Assembly: GCA_028865725.1 (NCBI GenBank)
Contig: JAGWJP010000003.1
Coordinates: forward strand, 1,697-65,696
Length of the DNA: 64,000 nt
Source: Patescibacteria group bacterium
GTDB lineage: Bacteria; Patescibacteriota; Minisyncoccia; UBA6257; JACRHW01
Direction: 5' to 3'
Position numbers and translations under genes: made by a program. Within the stretch, counting starts at the first letter, position 1. Each line of letters starts with the position of its first letter. Below, piece after piece: positions 58,256 to 64,000 of this stretch. The notes under the pieces are model-generated. The model did not search any database, was not told where the DNA came from, and saw only the letters and a list, made by a program, of their open reading frames with translations.

Positions 58256-59488
58256 ATGTCTCAGCGGCAAAAAATACTTATCATTATTGTCGGAATCATT
58301 GTCCTTATGGGATTTTTGGGGTTGCTTGTTTTCTTTTTTGGGAAAAAATCCGCATCTCCTCCTCCAGGAGCAAACACGGCAAATAGCGATATATCGACAA
58401 TACCATCGTTGACCCCTGAAAATATAACCGCGTCTTCATCGTTTACACAGATCACGGAAAACCCCGTCCCTCTCGCATATTACGATCAAGGAATACTCTA
58501 CTCCATCGATACGAATGGCGCATTGTGGAAAAAAGACTTGAGTGCTCCTACGACCGTCCAAACACAAGGTGTCTCTTCCTCCACCATTGCGGGGGAGGTA
58601 ATTCCTCCCGCTCCTACGAATGAAGCGCAACGTCTCGGCGGATTCACTGTCAACAATCCAAACACGCTACTCGTCTCTCCAAACGGAAATACCATTCTTA
58701 TTGGAGAGGGGACAGTAAACGGACAAAAAACATTTTCACTCGTCTCCCAAAACGGAGATCCCATAGTCACACTACCTCAAGGAGTGGAAGAAGCGGCGTT
58801 CTTAACAAATGCCACGCTTGCGTATTATAAAGAAACGATCTCAGGGGCTGGGATCTATACCTATACCATTACCGATAAAAAAGAGCGTCTGATACGAACC
58901 CTCAATCCACTTGATATACATCTCTACCGTATCGATGACACGACCCTTCTCCTCGCAGAAAAACCTACTCACGGTATTACCACGGCCAGCTTTCTTCTCA
59001 ATATGAAAACAGGGGTGCTCTCGAATTATTTTTCAGGGTTTCTTGGCACCTCATTATCTCCGCTAGGAAATCAAAGAGTCCTTGCTCTAACCGGAGATCC
59101 AATCGACGCAAATGGAAATAGCTCCTACCATCTCTCCTTGCTCAACAAGGAGGGGTCTGTCACCCATACGCTTACTATTATCACCATGCCGGAAAAATGT
59201 GTTGCCGACGCGCAGGGCATCTACTTGTATTGCGCGATCCCTTTGGAATGGACCTCGAATATGCCAGACTTGTCCTTACCAGACGACTACTATGCACAAA
59301 ATGCAGGATTTTCTGAGACTATTTTACGTATAAACCTACAAACCTTTTTTACTGAAAACATCAACCAGACCCCCACACTCTATGATGCAGTACACCTCTC
59401 GTTAAGCGCCGACAACACGACCCTCTATTTCTATGACAGAAGAACAAATAATGAATTTTCCCTCTTGTTGCCCCCTCCAAAAATCTGA
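58256..59488 (+). CDS. membrane-anchored extracytoplasmic protein (beta-rich)
   Basis: N-terminal TM ILIIIVGIIVLMGFLGLLVFFF, 380-aa beta-strand-rich ectodomain. Confidence 0.4.
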   Translation: MSQRQKILIIIVGIIVLMGFLGLLVFFFGKKSASPPPGANTANSDISTIPSLTPENITASSSFTQITENPVPLAYYDQGILYSIDTNGALWKKDLSAPTTVQTQGVSSSTIAGEVIPPAPTNEAQRLGGFTVNNPNTLLVSPNGNTILIGEGTVNGQKTFSLVSQNGDPIVTLPQGVEEAAFLTNATLAYYKETISGAGIYTYTITDKKERLIRTLNPLDIHLYRIDDTTLLLAEKPTHGITTASFLLNMKTGVLSNYFSGFLGTSLSPLGNQRVLALTGDPIDANGNSSYHLSLLNKEGSVTHTLTIITMPEKCVADAQGIYLYCAIPLEWTSNMPDLSLPDDYYAQNAGFSETILRINLQTFFTENINQTPTLYDAVHLSLSADNTTLYFYDRRTNNEFSLLLPPPKI

Positions 59489-59590
59489 TTCATGATGCCC
59501 TTACGGACCTCGTATTCGCCTGAAGCCTAACAAATATCCTCAGACTTACATGCCTGAGGATATTTATCTCACTGTCTCTCACACCGCGAT

Positions 59591-60034
59591 TTAAGGATTA
59601 TAAGGCCTAATTGTTACATAACGATTATCACCCTCTCCCTTACTCTCCGTAATAATATCAGGATGTACGGCAAGTTCAAGGTGAATAATGCGCCGTTCAA
59701 AGGGTTTCATGGGAGGAAGTCTAACTTCTTTTTTGGTCGTCACTACTTGTCGGGCTATTTTTCTAATATATTCCTTCAATTTTCCTTCCCGTTCACTCCT
59801 GTAATTATTAATATCAATAGAAAATACAGTGTCAATATTACTGTGTTTTGCGAGAAGTTTTAGTACTCTCTCGATATCAGAAATGTTTTCTCCATTTTTT
59901 CCAATCATAAACCCCGCGTCGTCAAGAGATATCTGTATTTTTGCAGCAGTACCCAGAAAGACCGCACTTACCTGTGGGTTCTGGATTCCCATATTATGTA
60001 AAAACTCTTCGATGAGTGTTTGGAGCTGTCCCAT
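59591..60034 (-). CDS. jag: Jag/KhpB-like RNA-binding protein (KH + R3H)
   Basis: IGKNGENI KH GxxG loop and C-terminal R3H (RRIIHLEL); adjacent to yidC. Confidence 0.8.
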   Translation of the reverse strand: MGQLQTLIEEFLHNMGIQNPQVSAVFLGTAAKIQISLDDAGFMIGKNGENISDIERVLKLLAKHSNIDTVFSIDINNYRSEREGKLKEYIRKIARQVVTTKKEVRLPPMKPFERRIIHLELAVHPDIITESKGEGDNRYVTIRPYNP

Positions 60035-60055
60035 ACCTCACAAATTTCTTGTTCC

Positions 60056-60772
60056 TTATATTTGTTTTATCTCCGTTTCAAGAGATTCTGACTGAATAAT
60101 ACGTTTTGTTACTACGTATTCACCAATGGAGAATACCGTACTTGCGATCCAGTACAATCCTACCACTGCAGGTAGTTTTACCAAAATAATCAACGTTAGT
60201 AAAGGAAACACAAAAATCATAGCCGACATCATTTGGGCCGCTTCTCCTCCCGCAGTATTCGGCATAAAGAATTTTGACTGTATAAACTGAAGAAGCGCGG
60301 CAACAAGTGCCACTTCAATAAGAGGTGTGTTTACATCGAAAAGACCTAAAAAGGTATGATGGACAGGAAGAGTAATATGAATAAATGAATAGAGGGAGGC
60401 CTGAACATTAGAGGAAAATGCCTTCATACTGATACGATAGAGTGTAATAAGAAGCACTACTTGTACAATGATAAAAAGAAAACCTGAAAAAGGATTAATT
60501 TTGTGCCTTTCATACAAGTGCATCATAGCCTTCACCTGGGCTTCTTTGTCGTCTTTATGCTCTTTTTGTATTTTTGCCATCTCAGGCTGAAGCTTGCTTA
60601 GTACCATCTGGTAGCGCATATTTTTGTGAAAAATAGGAAAAATAGCCAAGCGCACAACAATAGTAAACAAGATAATAGCAATGCCCGCATCTGAAAAAGC
60701 AGCGGTGTGGTAAATAAAAAATAAAAGATTGGTAAGCGGTCTTACTATAATTTCATTATAGAGAAAAACCAT
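60056..60772 (-). CDS. yidC: membrane protein insertase YidC (short form)
   Basis: GIAIILFTIVVRLAIFPIFHKNMRYQMVLSKLQPEMAKIQ conserved TM2-loop region of YidC/Oxa1; 238 aa. Confidence 0.85.
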   Translation of the reverse strand: MVFLYNEIIVRPLTNLLFFIYHTAAFSDAGIAIILFTIVVRLAIFPIFHKNMRYQMVLSKLQPEMAKIQKEHKDDKEAQVKAMMHLYERHKINPFSGFLFIIVQVVLLITLYRISMKAFSSNVQASLYSFIHITLPVHHTFLGLFDVNTPLIEVALVAALLQFIQSKFFMPNTAGGEAAQMMSAMIFVFPLLTLIILVKLPAVVGLYWIASTVFSIGEYVVTKRIIQSESLETEIKQI

Positions 60773-60787
60773 AACATTATTTCTTGG

Positions 60788-61144
60788 TTAAACTAACAAT
60801 TTTGCCCGACGAAAGAGCGTGGTAAGTTCTTGCCTCCGTTTTTCATGTTTCATGGTATACACGACAGAAGAAGTAACTCTTATTACTATATCATATCCCA
60901 TGACAAGAGAGGGGCGTAATTCTTCCATAACACCACGCATCGCCCTTTTTATATAGTTTCGTTCTACTGCTTTCTTATTTATTTTTGCCCCCACCACTAC
61001 TGTTGCTCGCGTACACATCAGATTATTTTCTTTGATATATAACGCGAAAAAGGGTGAGGATACCCTTTTACCCGACACAAAAACCTTTTTCACCCCATCG
61101 TTTCTTAAAAGACGCTGTATCTTTTTCTCCACAGCATTAAACAT
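60788..61144 (-). CDS. rnpA: ribonuclease P protein component
   Basis: K.V.RN.IKR..R RNR motif region; start overlaps rpmH stop (TAATG). Confidence 0.7.
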   Translation of the reverse strand: MFNAVEKKIQRLLRNDGVKKVFVSGKRVSSPFFALYIKENNLMCTRATVVVGAKINKKAVERNYIKRAMRGVMEELRPSLVMGYDIVIRVTSSVVYTMKHEKRRQELTTLFRRAKLLV

Positions 61145-61281
61145 TAAGCGCTTAAAGAAGCACGTCCTTTGCGACGCCTGTTCTGTAACACCCGCTTTCC
61201 CCCAGGAGTTCGCGATCGTTTTAAAAATCCATGAGTGCGCGCGCGTTTTCTTTTTTTGGGTTGATATGTTCTTTTTGGCAT
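61144..61281 (-). CDS. rpmH: 50S ribosomal protein L34
   Basis: hand translation of the reverse strand gives [45 protein letters not shown] (45 aa), below the 60-aa ORF-track cutoff. Confidence 0.85.
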   Translation of the reverse strand: MPKRTYQPKKRKRARTHGFLKRSRTPGGKRVLQNRRRKGRASLSA

Positions 61282-61440
61282 AAAAAATAATACAGTTCAG
61301 TTCATTATTATGTGTATTTGCAGTATATCTTTTTCTCTGTTTTTTTTCAATCCCACTGCCAAAACAACATCGTTATACGAATAAGCCATTGGCATATAAG
61401 CCTGGGGGGGTTTTGTTTCTTAAATTTTCGAAAAAAATAT

Positions 61441-61449
61441 CTATCCACA
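61441..61449. promoter_or_regulatory. DnaA box (cTATCCACA) in rpmH-dnaA intergenic region
   Basis: 8/9 match to TTATCCACA. Confidence 0.4.
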
Positions 61450-61546
61450 GCTTCTTCACAACTTCTCCATTGGTCAAGACTTGTTCGCGTCACAAACGAT
61501 GCTATACTGCAGATATCACGTAAGTATTCTATCTTTGTTTTTTATG

Positions 61547-62914
61547 AACTGCGACGAATTATGGCAAAAGATTCTAGGAGAACTAGAACTCCAAATTTCG
61601 AAAGCTAATTTTATTACGTGGCTAAAGCACAGCTCCCTCACAGAAGTCAATCAGGGCGTTGCAAAAATATCTCTCAAATCAAATTTTGCAAAAGAATGGG
61701 TAGAAAATAAATATCACAAACAAATACTTCATCTTCTCCATTATTATGACAACTCAATACGCAATGCACATTATGTTATTGTCTCAGCCGCAACGATTTC
61801 TCCGCTCGTTTCTTCACAAAAAACATTTGCCGCTGCAGAAGAACTCCAGTTAGAAATTGCCGAGCAGGGAATTGATCCCGTTACCAACCTTAACGCGAAA
61901 TATAATTTCGATCATCTTGTAATAGGAGCCACTAATGAACTCGCCGCAGCGGCATGTTACGCTATTATTCAAGAAGTGGGTAAAAAATATAACCCGTTAT
62001 TTATCTATGGGGGAGTAGGAGTGGGAAAAACACATCTTCTTCAGGCAACGGGAAATGAAATTGTTAAAAAATACCACAATCAAATAAAAGTACTTTACGT
62101 CACGTCGGAAAAATTCACAAGCGATGTCGTCACTGCGTTACAAACAAAAGGAATCGAACGCATTGATGCCATGAAACAAAAATATCGTAATGCGGATGTT
62201 CTTATTATTGATGACATCCAGTTTATTGCTGGACGAGAACGTACGGAAGAAGAATTCTTTAATACTTTCAATGCTCTTTATAATAACAACAAACAGATTA
62301 TCCTTTCTTCTGATCGCCCCCCGCGCGCACTTCCTATTATTGCAGAACGCTTAAAATCTCGTTTTGAGGGGGGAATGCTTGCCGATATTCAATTCCCCGA
62401 ATATGAAATGCGACTCGCTATTCTTAAAAATAAACTCCTTGATAAACAATGCGATCTACCTGATTACGTAATAGAAACTATTGCACAAAAAGTTCAAAAA
62501 AACATACGAGAATTAGAAGGTATGCTTACCAAAGTTATTTTCATCACACGTCAAAAAGGACTTCCTCCCGAACAAGAGGAATTAGAGAAGGTACTTCGTG
62601 TGTATTCCGATACGTCTGTACGCATGATTTCTCCTGCAAAAATAATAAAAACTACTGCTGATTTTTTCGAAATTAATGAAAAAGATGTAATAGGCCATGA
62701 AAGAAAAAAAGAAGTAGTTCTTCCCCGTCAAGTTGCCATGTATCTTTTAAGAAAAGAATTAAAAGCTTCCTATCCTTTTATTGGTGCTAAATTTGGAAAC
62801 AGAGATCACACCACCGCTATTCATGCTTACAACAAAATTTCAAATGAAGTAGCAAAAAATAATAATTTGAATCGAATTATTTCGGAAATTATTGAACGCA
62901 TTAATAATAATTAA
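61547..62914 (+). CDS. dnaA: chromosomal replication initiator DnaA
   Basis: N-terminal LWQKIL, Walker A GGVGVGKTHLL, Walker B VLIIDDIQF, C-terminal DnaA box-binding HTT (DHTTAIHAY); ORF opens 61481. Confidence 0.9.
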   Translation, partial: NCDELWQKILGELELQISKANFITWLKHSSLTEVNQGVAKISLKSNFAKEWVENKYHKQILHLLHYYDNSIRNAHYVIVSAATISPLVSSQKTFAAAEELQLEIAEQGIDPVTNLNAKYNFDHLVIGATNELAAAACYAIIQEVGKKYNPLFIYGGVGVGKTHLLQATGNEIVKKYHNQIKVLYVTSEKFTSDVVTALQTKGIERIDAMKQKYRNADVLIIDDIQFIAGRERTEEEFFNTFNALYNNNKQIILSSDRPPRALPIIAERLKSRFEGGMLADIQFPEYEMRLAILKNKLLDKQCDLPDYVIETIAQKVQKNIRELEGMLTKVIFITRQKGLPPEQEELEKVLRVYSDTSVRMISPAKIIKTTADFFEINEKDVIGHERKKEVVLPRQVAMYLLRKELKASYPFIGAKFGNRDHTTAIHAYNKISNEVAKNNNLNRIISEIIERINNN

Positions 62915-63196
62915 TAAATGTGCGTAGGGGGAGAAGTATAATCTCATAATGTGGAAAATGTGGGGAAAAGTGTGGGTATAACTTATGAGTGGTTATAAGA
63001 ATAATGAGAGGATAATATTTCAAAAAATAAAGAAATAGATATTTTTCGGATATTATCCCCATAGTGGTTTATCTTTATCATCATATTATCCACAGGAATT
63101 TGTGTACTTTTTTTCTTGAACTGTACTCAAAATTAAACTATTTCCCCTTATTTTTTATAGTTATTACTATTACTACTAATTAGAATTATTACCATT
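62915..63196. promoter_or_regulatory. candidate oriC: DnaA-box cluster plus AT-rich tract between dnaA and dnaN
   Basis: boxes tgtggaaaa (62950), tgtggggaaaa (62959), tgtgggtataa (62971), ttatcccca (63053), ttatccaca (63087, perfect); AT-rich 63100-63196. Confidence 0.6.
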
Positions 63197-64000
63197 ATGA
63201 AACTCATTATATTGCGCGAACATCTTAATCGAGCACTTAGTATTGTTGAAAAATCTTTAGGAACAAATGAGTTAATGCCAATCTTAAAAAATGTAGTGAT
63301 CAGGACAGAGCAAGGAAAAATACATCTTATCACTACAAATCTTGAAACAGCTATTATTGCAACGCTAAACGGAAAAATTGAAGAAGAAGGGGATGTTGCA
63401 GTGTCAGGATCAGGGTTATTGCAGGTAATTTCTAATTTGAAAGATGAGAAAATACATGTGGTTACGGATAACCAGAAACTTCTTATTACCACCGATACAT
63501 TCCAGGGAGAATTAGTAACCGTTTCACTTACTGATTTTCCTCTTATCCCTAAAGTTCAATCTGATTCGTATATCGATGTGTCAGTAAAAGCCTTACATAG
63601 AGCGCTTGATATGGTTTCTCTCGCTATTTCACCCCATACTATTCGTCAAGAATTAAATGGAGTATTTTTTACCTTTAAGAACCACGATCTTGTGTGTGTG
63701 GGAAGTGATGGATTTAGGCTTTCAGAAAAAAAAATTAATATCATTTCTTCTACGATAGAAGAAATGCAATGTATTATTCCTTCAAGAACAATACAACTTC
63801 TTAGTAGGGTCATGGAATATACTTCCAGTGAAACTATTCGTATTGCAATAGAAGCGCATCAATGTATTTTTTTAGTAAATGAATATACACTTATTTCAAA
63901 TTGTGTAGATGGAAATTATCCGTCTTATGAGAATTTTGTTCCTAAAGATTTTGATACTGAAATTTTGATTAATAAAGTAACCCTTGCAGATGCTGTACGG
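63197..64000 (+). CDS. dnaN: DNA polymerase III beta sliding clamp (5' partial, continues beyond window)
   Basis: MKLIILREHLNRALSIVEKSL...LMPILKNVVIRTEQGKIHLITTNLETAI typical DnaN N-domain; no stop before 64000. Confidence 0.85.
   Translation, partial: MKLIILREHLNRALSIVEKSLGTNELMPILKNVVIRTEQGKIHLITTNLETAIIATLNGKIEEEGDVAVSGSGLLQVISNLKDEKIHVVTDNQKLLITTDTFQGELVTVSLTDFPLIPKVQSDSYIDVSVKALHRALDMVSLAISPHTIRQELNGVFFTFKNHDLVCVGSDGFRLSEKKINIISSTIEEMQCIIPSRTIQLLSRVMEYTSSETIRIAIEAHQCIFLVNEYTLISNCVDGNYPSYENFVPKDFDTEILINKVTLADAVR

Noticed and set aside
63148-63492. 114-aa minus-strand ORF in the ORF track
   Set aside because: Lies entirely inside the dnaN coding region on the opposite strand (dnaN N-terminus MKLIILREHLNRALSIVEKSL is unmistakable); AT-rich antisense ORF, not a gene

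Overview
This 64 kb window is a stretch of a small, AT-moderate bacterial chromosome that includes the replication origin. The ends carry rnpA-rpmH (minus strand), dnaA, an oriC candidate with at least five DnaA boxes, and the 5' part of dnaN. The gene content suggests a streamlined Patescibacteria (CPR)-like genome: a truncated IF-2, a short YidC, a single-chain GlyRS, many small membrane or secreted proteins, and a Gram-positive-style type IV secretion/pilus-like module. This affiliation is an inference from sequence features, not a database result. Housekeeping genes I recognise from motifs are recO-like, glyQS, an M16 peptidase, an AI-2E transporter, metG, infB, rbfA, msrB, msrA, rpsO, pnp, comM/yifB, uvrD/pcrA, rsmA/ksgA, a LysM-M23 peptidase, add, a GH13 alpha-glucosidase, GT4 and GT2 glycosyltransferases, a DedA-family protein, a TrmB-family regulator, a Xer-family tyrosine recombinase, jag/khpB, yidC, rnpA, rpmH, dnaA and dnaN. 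There are three tRNAs: Cys-GCA, Ser-GCT and Lys-CTT. The regions most worth a second look are listed here. (1) A T4SS-like block at 46.5-59.5 kb. It contains a VirB6/TrbL-like protein, a VirB3/PrgI-like protein, a VirB4 ATPase split into two ORFs, and a VirB2-type pilin candidate. A roughly 20-nt AT-rich motif recurs in forward orientation just upstream of start codons and inverted just after stop codons, and it is tandemly duplicated exactly at the VirB4 split. (2) An uncharacterised cluster next to tRNA-Ser at 15.2-21.5 kb. It encodes a 738-aa protein with an amino-methyltransferase-like N-terminus, an extended Gfo/Idh/MocA oxidoreductase, a P-loop kinase and a divergent TrmB regulator. A degenerate copy of the tRNA 3' half and roughly 65-bp direct repeats bracket a HAD hydrolase gene just before it. 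(3) Fragments of the tRNA-Lys 3' end duplicated beside the recombinase gene. (4) A highly signalled 66-aa Cys-rich protein, a CuA-motif cupredoxin, an NYN-domain gene inserted in the rpsO-pnp operon, and a perfect 11-bp hairpin carrying an SD-linked mini-ORF upstream of a DksA/TraR-type zinc-finger gene.
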